A stretch of 28,257 nucleotides of DNA from a virus (lineage: Duplodnaviria > Caudoviricetes): positions 1 through 28,257 of the IMG/VR virus record IMGVR_UViG_3300020403_000062. One strand, given 5' to 3'. Position 1 is the stretch's first letter. Each line of letters starts with the position of its first letter. The notes under the pieces were generated by a model. The model ran no database searches, was not told the DNA's origin, and saw only the letters and a program-made list of their open reading frames with translations. The position numbers and the translations under genes are program-made. This document shows, one piece after another, positions 7,052 through 14,195 of the stretch.

Positions 7052-7274
7052 TTTCGGTTTCCTCATATTCAGCCGCGATACGAGCACCGCTGGCCATGCA
7101 TGACGTAATCATGCCGATGGCTGTTGTGCTGTCTGGCGAGCTGACGATGAGGCGGAACACGATTGCAGTGAGCATACCACCAAGCACGGCACCGGCGTTG
7201 AGGTCTTCGTCCATCATTTGATCAATAAGGGCGTTTATCTCATCACCAGCTCTGTCGAAGTCTGTTTCGCTCAT
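7035..7274 (-). CDS. Hypothetical phage protein (79 aa)
   Basis: ATGA-coupled to the upstream gene. Confidence 0.75.
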   Translation of the reverse strand: MSETDFDRAGDEINALIDQMMDEDLNAGAVLGGMLTAIVFRLIVSSPDSTTAIGMITSCMASGARIAAEYEETENETCH

Positions 7275-7459
7275 CCGCGTTTAATCCTTTCCCATGATGC
7301 CAAGATGCGTTGTGCGCGGGCCACGGCTTCTGGGCTGTGGTTACCTTCAGCGGCAATGCGGGACGCATATAACTGCACACACATATTAACATCGCCAAGA
7401 GCTTCCGTGAAGTCTATGTTTTTAGACAGGTTATATATTTCATCTTTCTTCATCGGCAT
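7271..7459 (-). CDS. Hypothetical phage protein (~60 aa)
   Basis: Fits the operon with overlaps at both ends. Confidence 0.7.
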   Translation of the reverse strand: MPMKKDEIYNLSKNIDFTEALGDVNMCVQLYASRIAAEGNHSPEAVARAQRILASWERIKRG

Positions 7460-7565
7460 CTTTTTTCACCTTCTTGGCTTCGCCATATAAAATGCATTCA
7501 ATACAAGCGGTTTCGAAAAACTCGCACTCTTCACAACCTTCAACAGGTAAATATTCTTCAGCCAT
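7440..7565 (-). CDS. 41-aa Cys-rich microprotein (CEEC-x6-CIEC)
   Basis: TAATG coupling at 7563-7567 gives the start MAEEYLPV. Confidence 0.65.
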   Translation of the reverse strand: MAEEYLPVEGCEECEFFETACIECILYGEAKKVKKDADEER

Positions 7566-7861
7566 TAGTAACAAATCCCCTGATATTGCATACGTTTTTC
7601 CCACGGCACCCACCTGTCCTTCCACAGGTGGGCGTCCTTTTTTAGTTGCGCTTCGATGCGCGGGCTGGAGACCCAGCCTTTTATCCCCAAGTCGATGGAG
7701 TGCTGGAGATGTTCCAGATCCGTGATCCACGGTACGAGTTCGGGACTTTCACGATCAGCACCATTCCATTCGAGCTCATTGATATACCATAAGCAGATGA
7801 GGCGGGCAGACTCGTGTGGCAACCAGCCGTCGGGGTTGCGAATAATATTAGGCATCTTCAT
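7565..7861 (-). CDS. Hypothetical Trp-rich phage protein (~98 aa)
   Basis: AAGGGAG RBS before ATG 7861 (alternative start 7855). Confidence 0.7.
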   Translation of the reverse strand: MKMPNIIRNPDGWLPHESARLICLWYINELEWNGADRESPELVPWITDLEHLQHSIDLGIKGWVSSPRIEAQLKKDAHLWKDRWVPWEKRMQYQGICY

Positions 7862-8201
7862 CACTCTCTCCCTTGTGCTTAATGTGATAAGGAATGTCAT
7901 GGAACCCGCAATAGCCGATTACGTTGAGCACCTTGTCATCAAGAGACGGAGCGGCATCAAGGTTGACTAAGACCTTAAATTTATTGTCTTCGTCAACTTC
8001 GAGCCAGACCCAGTAATCACCATCGCCATCCCATGCCATAAGGCGGGCATCGCCCCCGATTGCAGTCACGTGGCCGACGATATTTGACAGGCCGCTCACG
8101 TGATTAATTATATCCACCGTGATTGGTGGCAGTTCTTCAGGCTTTTCCGTGTGGTGATGTTTGAACACGCGGTCTACCGCCTTTGGCAGTTCGTTAGTCA
8201 T
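7848..8201 (-). CDS. Hypothetical phage protein (117 aa)
   Basis: AACTACGGGAG RBS, consensus promoter upstream; first gene of the operon that ends in the arfA-like gene. Confidence 0.75.
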   Translation of the reverse strand: MTNELPKAVDRVFKHHHTEKPEELPPITVDIINHVSGLSNIVGHVTAIGGDARLMAWDGDGDYWVWLEVDEDNKFKVLVNLDAAPSLDDKVLNVIGYCGFHDIPYHIKHKGESDEDA

Positions 8202-8232
8202 CTTTTACTCCCGTAGTTAAGGTTGTTCATTT

Positions 8233-8261
8233 TATATATCTTATATTATCCTATATGTCAA
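8233..8261 (-). promoter_or_regulatory. Sigma70-type promoter
   Basis: TTGACA-N17-TATATA; spacer is TATAGGA-taa-TATAAGA; the TGA of the -35 is also the endonuclease stop codon. Confidence 0.8.
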
Positions 8262-9619
8262 GCGCGGTTACTCCAGCGCACTTCGCCACCGTTCATTAAA
8301 GGTGTCTTCAGCGCATCTTTCACAGACATACCGGCGGCAAGACGGCGGCTTACTGTTCCTGCGCCGATACCATGAGCTCTGGCCGCTTCGGCGAGCGAGC
8401 GATACCCCAATTTCTTCGCCTGCTCTAAGCGGTTTTGTGTTTCTGGTGGGGGGTTCCACCCACACGATTGCCCATCGCCTACTTTTGTGGTGAGGGCTTG
8501 TTCGATAGACCACCCGCTGTTTCTGACCCGTGAGGCGACTAGTTTTGGGTTTGCCCCAAAGGCCCGTGAAGCGTGGGTCATGGACTTATATTCGACACCA
8601 AAGGCGGTAACGGTTTTTAGCGGCTTATTATAGGGCGTGATCCGCGGTTCTATTTCCAAGGCTTGTTCGACGGGCCAGTTCAGCACCCGTATGCGCCGAC
8701 TGGCTGTCGAATAATCTACCGTACCGAAGTAGTCGCAAGCATCTTTTAGTGTGGGGAAGATTTTCCCAGAAACGGATATGTCGGTTATTTTACGGCAGGA
8801 AAACTTGGTTAAGCCGTGTTCTTTTTTTAGAAGGTAGAGGGTGTGCTTGGCCATACCGTATTTTTCTGTGATTTCGTCGTCGGTTGACCCACTTTTAACA
8901 TCTTCAATTATCTGTTGGCGGGTGGTGTCGTCGTATTTGACCATCATTTCGGCGCGGGTTTTGGTTGCCCCCGCCCGTTGCAGGATGCGGTTTATAGTAC
9001 CGCGTCCGACACCATACTTTTCCGCCAGATCTTCGGTGGTAATCCGGTCACTGGTGTAATCGTCTATAATCGCCTGTTCCTTTTCCTCAGACAGTTTAAC
9101 GCCGTAACCGCCCATCGGTGCACCGACTAGGCTGTTCAGGAAAACAACATCGGGGAATGCCTTCTTCATTTTTGCAATCAGTGCAGTTTCAAAGGGCGCA
9201 ATCCGTGATGCGCGGTATTTTTTAGGAAATACTTTAAAAGAGAAGCAGTCTTCATGGTCTTGCATTGCCTCGAACATGAAGCGGTCGCGCTTATTCACGC
9301 CGTTAGACCCTTCGTTTTGGGCTTTTCTTACGTGTTGTTTGAAGCGCAGGTTGGGGTCAGTGCTTGACCCAACATAAAGGCCGGTCTTTTCGCCGTGCAC
9401 AATTAAGACATATAATTGGCTGTCGCGCTCAGAGTGGCCGGTCATTTCCGCAGGAGTCAGACATTTAAGGCCAAGCTTTCTGCCCCAGTTACGCATGATG
9501 TCGTAATCATTGTTGGACAGCCCCCTGTTGCGGCAGGCTTGCCGAATAGACAGCCTATTTTTTGCCGCATACTTGTACATCTCGCGGACTTGTATGTTAG
9601 AAAATTTTCTAAATGGCAT
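8258..9619 (-). CDS. Free-standing GIY-YIG homing endonuclease-like protein with multiple HTH repeats (453 aa)
   Basis: SQLYVL..GLYVGSS..RFKQH..E..N catalytic pattern; repeated HTH-like units (LAEKYGVGRGTINRIL, ASRAFG..SRVRNSGWSIEQAL, AARAHGIGAGTVSRRL); TACGGGAG RBS before ATG 9619. Confidence 0.8.
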   Translation of the reverse strand: MPFRKFSNIQVREMYKYAAKNRLSIRQACRNRGLSNNDYDIMRNWGRKLGLKCLTPAEMTGHSERDSQLYVLIVHGEKTGLYVGSSTDPNLRFKQHVRKAQNEGSNGVNKRDRFMFEAMQDHEDCFSFKVFPKKYRASRIAPFETALIAKMKKAFPDVVFLNSLVGAPMGGYGVKLSEEKEQAIIDDYTSDRITTEDLAEKYGVGRGTINRILQRAGATKTRAEMMVKYDDTTRQQIIEDVKSGSTDDEITEKYGMAKHTLYLLKKEHGLTKFSCRKITDISVSGKIFPTLKDACDYFGTVDYSTASRRIRVLNWPVEQALEIEPRITPYNKPLKTVTAFGVEYKSMTHASRAFGANPKLVASRVRNSGWSIEQALTTKVGDGQSCGWNPPPETQNRLEQAKKLGYRSLAEAARAHGIGAGTVSRRLAAGMSVKDALKTPLMNGGEVRWSNRA

Positions 9620-9660
9620 ACTTTTCTCCCGTAAAAAAGTGCAGATGTTTTTGTACTTAG

Positions 9661-9689
9661 ATAATATCTTATAACATCTCATATGTCAA
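9661..9689 (-). promoter_or_regulatory. Sigma70-type promoter for the endonuclease
   Basis: TTGACA-N17-TATTAT; spacer is TATGAGA-tgt-TATAAGA. Confidence 0.8.
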
Positions 9690-9695
9690 GTAATG

Positions 9696-9764
9696 AAAAG
9701 CCCCCAGAGCCTGTTGGACACTCTGAGGGCTTTTACTACGGGAATTGCAACCATCGCTGTTTGC
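9696..9764 (-). ncRNA. Putative ~70-nt trans-acting antisense small RNA
   Basis: Own promoter (9771-9799), 5' hairpin TGCAA/TTGCA, single-stranded TTCCCGTAGT, terminator GCCCTCAGAG..CTCTGGGGGC-TTTT; no ORF; three segments complementary to phage leaders. Confidence 0.7.
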
Positions 9765-9770
9765 ACATTC

Positions 9771-9799
9771 TATATAAGACATTATGGGGTAAAAAGCAA
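9771..9799 (-). promoter_or_regulatory. Promoter for the putative sRNA
   Basis: TTGCTT-N17-TATATA; TATAAGA-cat-TATGGGG boxes at 9773-9789. Confidence 0.65.
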
Positions 9800-9872
9800 G
9801 AAATATTTTTGCTATAATATTTTTAAAAAGTTATACTAAAATTAGGGACTGGCGCGACCATCGGGGGGTGGA

Positions 9873-10271
9873 TTGCGTAATTTTGAAGCGGGAAAGCTGG
9901 GCGAATACATATGTGCAGTTCGCCTGATGAAACTTGGTGTATCGTGTGAAATAGTAAACTTGGACACAATAGATATTATTGCCAACCATGATAATCGCGC
10001 TATTCGGATACAGGTAAAGGCCAGTGATAAAAAACGACACCGACATAGCTGGACGTACCAGTTCGCGACTGCCGTGACCGGTAAGAAGCGGGCCATGACC
10101 AAAGAAGACTGTGATATTGTCGCGCTCGTAGCTCTGGACTGCGAGCGTGTTTTGTTTAAGCCGGTTGAATGTTTATCGGGGCAAGTCACTAAACGTGTCC
10201 TGCCCCGAAAGTTTGATAATGAATTTTTAGAAAGTAAGTCTTGGGAAGCTAGTCTAGCATATCTGGACTGA
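9873..10271 (+). CDS. PD-(D/E)xK endonuclease-like protein
   Basis: GKLGE..IDII..IQVK..DIVALV pattern; TTG start uncertain. Confidence 0.7.
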   Translation: MRNFEAGKLGEYICAVRLMKLGVSCEIVNLDTIDIIANHDNRAIRIQVKASDKKRHRHSWTYQFATAVTGKKRAMTKEDCDIVALVALDCERVLFKPVECLSGQVTKRVLPRKFDNEFLESKSWEASLAYLD

Positions 10272-10548
10272 CACTTCCGTTCTCCAATGCCGCCATCAAC
10301 TCATCATCTGTCATACTATCTATATCTAACATGAGCGGATCCGTGCGCCGCGGTTTAGGTTTCAATATCCGTTTTTTCGGCTTAACTGGAGCCGTGCGCC
10401 GCGGTTGTTTTTTGGTGGTTTGAATTAAGACTTCTTCGGTCTGATATTTATGTTCGCAAGATAAGCATTTTCTATACCGGTGTACCGTCCCCCTTCGTGA
10501 CCGGCTGTCGTACACTTTGCTCTTGCTCTTGCACTTGGGGCAATTCAC
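10249..10548 (-). CDS. NrdR-like N-terminal zinc-ribbon protein without ATP-cone
   Basis: MNCPKC..KVYDSR..HRYRKCLSC..YQTEE matches NrdR MxCPxC..VxDSR..RRRxCxxC..FTTxE. Confidence 0.75.
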   Translation of the reverse strand: MNCPKCKSKSKVYDSRSRRGTVHRYRKCLSCEHKYQTEEVLIQTTKKQPRRTAPVKPKKRILKPKPRRTDPLMLDIDSMTDDELMAALENGSVSPDMLD

Positions 10549-10705
10549 AGCGTTCTCCCTGACAACATTCTGATATGTAGAGGTGACAGACGGAGCATTG
10601 AATATGTCCGTGCACTTCTACGGGTGGTAGTTGGGTCATGCACCGCGGGCAGAGGTTAATGTCGAGATATTTTTTAAAGGTGCCATCACCCATCGTAATC
10701 GTCAT
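10472..10705 (-). CDS. Small Cys-rich zinc-ribbon protein
   Basis: CPRC..VHGHIQCSVC..ECCQGERC. Confidence 0.65.
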   Translation of the reverse strand: MTITMGDGTFKKYLDINLCPRCMTQLPPVEVHGHIQCSVCHLYISECCQGERCELPQVQEQEQSVRQPVTKGDGTPV

Positions 10706-10853
10706 TTTCTATTTCCCCTGCACCGTGGCACTTTTCACATTCCATTATGACGCCACGGAGTTCACCGCCTCGCCATGCCATCGGATCTGGAAACGCTACC
10801 TCGTATTCGCATCTCCCTTCCCCGCCGCATTCCGGACAAATCACGTACTCCAT
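10686..10853 (-). CDS. DnaJ-type zinc-finger microprotein (55 aa)
   Basis: CPECGGEG and CEKCHGAG (two CxxCxGxG motifs); start at ATG 10853. Confidence 0.75.
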   Translation of the reverse strand: MEYVICPECGGEGRCEYEVAFPDPMAWRGGELRGVIMECEKCHGAGEIENDDYDG

Positions 10854-10965
10854 TTGTATCCACCAAAGCATATTTAAACCAGTGCTCCGCGCAAAAAGGG
10901 ACGCCGTTATCCACGGCGTCCGCTTTCTTATCGCACTTGGAGCATTTAGTTACTCCACTAATCAT
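10762..10965 (-). CDS. Small putative zinc-binding protein
   Basis: TAATG-coupled start; CSKC..CAEH. Confidence 0.6.
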   Translation of the reverse strand: MISGVTKCSKCDKKADAVDNGVPFCAEHWFKYALVDTNGVRDLSGMRRGREMRIRGSVSRSDGMARR

Positions 10966-11261
10966 TAGACCACCTTTAATTCCGTTTTACGCGGACGACC
11001 TACCGGACGTTTCTTTTTGGGACGGCCCACCTTTTTCTTTGGCTCCGGTACAGAGAAGTCCGCTTCAAATTGAACCCCCCTAATCATGCTGGGGTGAACG
11101 TCCTTCAAAGTCAACTGACGTTTTTCCATATCAGCTTTGACAATGGTCTTCCAAGAAGCCAGCAATTCAACGTCCAATTTATTGACGCGGCCGTTGCTGT
11201 TGTAGCGATTAACGACATCGTCAATAGCGTCAAACAGAAAATTGATGGTTTGTTTCTGCAT
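10965..11261 (-). CDS. Protein with C-terminal AT-hook-like GRP repeats (98 aa)
   Basis: KKVGRPKKKRPVGRPRK; AGGAG RBS. Confidence 0.75.
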   Translation of the reverse strand: MQKQTINFLFDAIDDVVNRYNSNGRVNKLDVELLASWKTIVKADMEKRQLTLKDVHPSMIRGVQFEADFSVPEPKKKVGRPKKKRPVGRPRKTELKVV

Positions 11262-11295
11262 AGGTATCTCCTATATAAGAGTTAGTGTTAATTAT

Positions 11296-11324
11296 CCCAT
11301 ACCACGGGTAAATTTTTTTTGCAA
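11296..11324 (-). promoter_or_regulatory. Possible promoter for the AT-hook/zinc-finger operon
   Basis: TTGCAA-N17-TATGGG with TG extension; TATGGGA and TATAGGA boxes nearby. Confidence 0.45.
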
Positions 11325-11346
11325 GGTTATTTTTGATTTTTTAAAA

Positions 11347-11487
11347 TCAAGCGTGGGTCTTGCGCCAATGCTCCCACATCATGCGGAGTTGTCCGCTGAT
11401 GGTTCGGCCCTCAGCCTTTGCCATCCTCTTAATCTCTTCATATACCTCAATCGGCACGAGAACAGATTTCCATTTAGTTATATCCAC
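11347..11487 (-). CDS. Ribbon-helix-helix (Arc/CopG-like) DNA-binding protein (46 aa)
   Basis: GTG start after GGAG; WKSVLVP strand, IEVYEEIKRMAKAEG helix, RTISGQLRMM helix. Confidence 0.75.
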   Translation of the reverse strand: MDITKWKSVLVPIEVYEEIKRMAKAEGRTISGQLRMMWEHWRKTHA

Positions 11488-11521
11488 AGGTTTTCTCCAA
11501 GATGTTGTGTTTATATAAGCG

Positions 11522-11550
11522 AGGATATAGGATATCTTGTAGAGATGCAA
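11522..11550 (-). promoter_or_regulatory. Promoter of the RHH gene
   Basis: TTGCAT-N17-TATCCT, overlapped by a TATAGGA box (11526-11532). Confidence 0.6.
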
Positions 11551-11552
11551 CC

Positions 11553-11583
11553 AAAAAAGGGCTCTGCATTGCTTACAGAGCCC
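11553..11583 (-). terminator. Intrinsic terminator at the end of the replication operon
   Basis: GGGCTCTG/CAGAGCCC stem plus U6. Confidence 0.8.
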
Positions 11584-11624
11584 AGTTTTCTAAGGGAGGA
11601 GCCTACATTTTACTTTTCAAAAAG

Positions 11625-11840
11625 TTAAGTGGCAACAGAATTATCTATTTTGTGGCAGGAAGTGTGGTTGATGATAAAAAGTTGACCGGTTTGCGCCCAC
11701 ATAAAGGTTACATCTCTGACCATTTCTACAACTCTGGCTTCGCACTTCTCTGGTTCAGGATACGGTCCGCGGTTATCTAATATTGTAACGCACATATCTG
11801 GGTTATTTGCCCAACAGGCAAACAGAATTGCATAGAACAC
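11625..11840 (-). CDS. Small 4-Cys protein with hydrophobic N-terminus (71 aa)
   Basis: TAGTG coupling; MFYAILFAC..C..GPY..C..C. Confidence 0.7.
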   Translation of the reverse strand: MFYAILFACWANNPDMCVTILDNRGPYPEPEKCEARVVEMVRDVTFMWAQTGQLFIINHTSCHKIDNSVAT

Positions 11841-12046
11841 TATTCAATTCTCCGGCAATCCCAGCTTTCTATATGAATAATTTCTACCAAATTTGAGCTG
11901 TACATAACGTCCACGGCTTTCCGCAACAATAATTCTAATTGTTCTCTGCATATTGCTTCTGTCTTATACCGAAGCTGATCCCCTGTTACCTCAGCACAAT
12001 ATATAGGGGCTTCTGATAAACAAGTTAGCAAGAATGCTTCAAACAC
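11840..12046 (-). CDS. Small 4-Cys protein with hydrophobic N-terminus (68 aa), probable paralogue of its neighbour
   Basis: TAGTG coupling to the polymerase gene; MFEAFLLTC..C..Y..C..C. Confidence 0.7.
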   Translation of the reverse strand: MFEAFLLTCLSEAPIYCAEVTGDQLRYKTEAICREQLELLLRKAVDVMYSSNLVEIIHIESWDCRRIE

Positions 12047-13938
12047 TACTTTGCTTCGCCCCAGCTAGGCCCGATTTCGACATCGCACTTACTGGGCACC
12101 TCTAATGGTACAGCATTTTCCATGATGTTGGCAATGTACTCAGCTTGTTCTTTATCTTTAACTGACATAGCAACTTCATCGTGTATTTGTATTAGGGGCA
12201 ACAGCCCTTCTTTGTACAGATTTACCATAGCCTGCTTGGTCATATCCGCGGCAGAGGCTTGGATGAGGCGGTTCAAAGCTTTGTATGTGTAAGCCCGTTT
12301 TAATCTGGTGGTCTCGCCATATTCTTGAACTGCTTCCTGATAAGGCAAAGCTTTGTTCATGGCAAACGTGTCAGGCTCCCAAAGGTCAAACCGGCATTTG
12401 CGTCCTAGTATTGACCGAATAGACCCGCTAGACCCACGGTCGTTCAGCCGGTTCTGTACACCGTTCATCAGACCTTTAACGAAGGGGACACGTTCATGGT
12501 ACTGCTTAACCAGACCTTTTGCTTCATCTACGTCGATGTCGAGCTGGTCTGATAGTTTATTCACGCCCATGCCGTACATCATGCCAAGGTTAATTGTTTT
12601 GGCCTGCTTACGTGGGATGCTAGCCATCTCTGCCACCATGGTATGGAAGTCCATGTTGGGGTCGTTGCGGTAGCTGTCTACAAACTCTTCTACACCTGCC
12701 ATCTGCTTGCCGCGTGACTTGCCATATACATAAGCATAGTGGACCAAGATCCGTGGTTCCTGTTGCGAGAAATCAATCGCCGCCCACTGGTCACCTTCTT
12801 CCGGCAGGAACAGGCTACGTATCATCGGGCCCAGCTCTGGGTCGCGGGCAGGGATTTGTTGCAGGTTGGGGTTGTTCATTGAGATGCGGCCGGAGACAGT
12901 CCCACCATCATCAGATCTAATCTGATTAATGTGCGAATGAATGCGGCCATCACTGTGGCAGTGTTTCATTATAGTGTTAATAAATGTGCCACTGGTCTTG
13001 TTCAGGTTGCGGGCCTGCACAATAAGTTGCGCCAGCTCATGCGGGTGGTCCAATAGAAAAGCTTTTGTAAATGACGGCGCACCCTTTTCGGTTTTCGGGT
13101 ACGGGATAGATAACTTATCAAAAGCTTTAGCTATTGACGCGGCCGCCCACAGTTCCACTTCGGAACCGGCAACCCGCTTAATTTGTGTCAACACTTCTTT
13201 TTCTTTTTTGACCAGATGGTTTCTGGTGCGCTCTACGCGGTCTTGGTCAACACGGACTCCGCGCCATGTCATGTCAATTAGGCACGGTAGCAGGTCGAGC
13301 TCAAGGTTAGCTATTGGCCATAGCTCTTCTTTAGTAAGCTGGGTGGACAGATAGTTCCACAGTTGAAGCGTAATCTCAGCGTCGTTCTGTGCATATGGCC
13401 CGACATACATGGCAGGCATCTTCCACATTTCTGCTTTCGGGTCGAGACCAAACTCTCTGGCGGCTTCTTGTAAGGTCTTTTCTGTTTTTATCTTGCCCAA
13501 CAAATCGTAACACAAGTTATTTAAGCTGAAGCTATATCGGTTCTCGTCAAGCAGGGACGCGATTAGCATTGTGTCGATAATGCGGCCGTTAATTGTGAAG
13601 CCCATACGCTTGATCCAACCGGCGTCATACTGGGCATTGTGCATAATTTTATCGGCAGGGCACTCGAATACTTTCTTCAGCCACTTATTGACAATGCGCT
13701 CATCCAGATTGCCGCCACCCAGATGTCGAATGGGTACATAACCTGCCCAATCTGCAACGGCTATGGCATAGCCCACAACCTCGCCATCACCTGTCGGCCA
13801 TCCGGGCCCGTTGGTCTTGATGTTTGGGTCACGTGTTTCAACGTCGATGGCAATTTGCTTGGCATCAAAGATGTCTGGCAGTTCAGCCGGTGGAACCCAT
13901 TCACTCTTTGGTGCCCACATTGTCATTTGTAAAGACAT
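12046..13938 (-). CDS. polA: Family A DNA polymerase with 3'-5' exonuclease domain
   Basis: Exo motifs DVET, HNAQYD, YAQND; SGRISMNNPNLQQIP; motif A DFSQQEPR, motif B RKQAKTINLGMMYG, motif C IHDE; TAATG-coupled start at 13938. Confidence 0.97.
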   Translation of the reverse strand: MSLQMTMWAPKSEWVPPAELPDIFDAKQIAIDVETRDPNIKTNGPGWPTGDGEVVGYAIAVADWAGYVPIRHLGGGNLDERIVNKWLKKVFECPADKIMHNAQYDAGWIKRMGFTINGRIIDTMLIASLLDENRYSFSLNNLCYDLLGKIKTEKTLQEAAREFGLDPKAEMWKMPAMYVGPYAQNDAEITLQLWNYLSTQLTKEELWPIANLELDLLPCLIDMTWRGVRVDQDRVERTRNHLVKKEKEVLTQIKRVAGSEVELWAAASIAKAFDKLSIPYPKTEKGAPSFTKAFLLDHPHELAQLIVQARNLNKTSGTFINTIMKHCHSDGRIHSHINQIRSDDGGTVSGRISMNNPNLQQIPARDPELGPMIRSLFLPEEGDQWAAIDFSQQEPRILVHYAYVYGKSRGKQMAGVEEFVDSYRNDPNMDFHTMVAEMASIPRKQAKTINLGMMYGMGVNKLSDQLDIDVDEAKGLVKQYHERVPFVKGLMNGVQNRLNDRGSSGSIRSILGRKCRFDLWEPDTFAMNKALPYQEAVQEYGETTRLKRAYTYKALNRLIQASAADMTKQAMVNLYKEGLLPLIQIHDEVAMSVKDKEQAEYIANIMENAVPLEVPSKCDVEIGPSWGEAK

Positions 13939-14195
13939 TATTCTTCTTCGCCCCCTAGTGCGGCATACCCTGCGATATCTACCCAACTATCTTCATGGTC
14001 GGGTGTTTCGATTAAACGACAAAGTTTGACGGCCACCATACACTGATAAACCTGCTCAACAGAAACATCAGCATCTAAAAGCACAGACCACATCCGCGCA
14101 ATGCGGGCATGATTTTCATGGGCATCACCATATTCTTTGGCCCGTGGGCCGTTGACTAAGGACTCTGCTTTAGACAGGATTTCTGCACGATTCAT
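13938..14195 (-). CDS. DUF6378-like phage protein
   Basis: GPRAKEYG..RIARMWS..KLCRL..HEDSWVDIAGYAA. Confidence 0.8.
   Translation of the reverse strand: MNRAEILSKAESLVNGPRAKEYGDAHENHARIARMWSVLLDADVSVEQVYQCMVAVKLCRLIETPDHEDSWVDIAGYAALGGEEE

Noticed and set aside
7566-7730. N-terminal extension of ORF 7440-7730
   Set aside because: It fully overlaps the upstream gene; TAATG coupling supports a start at 7565
9620-9682. Longer start for the endonuclease (likewise 1629, 11550 and 17675 for other genes)
   Set aside because: These extensions run through promoters or hairpins; internal starts have better RBS context
9768-9792. Resemblance of TATAAGACATTATGGGG and the TCGCATA boxes to a XerCD dif site
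   Set aside because: The central spacer is 4 bp rather than 6 and the arms are incomplete; the TATRVGA motif explains it better
11811-11819. Extra 9-nt complement to the sRNA terminator loop near the start of gene 11625-11840
   Set aside because: A single short match in coding sequence could arise by chance in 28 kb
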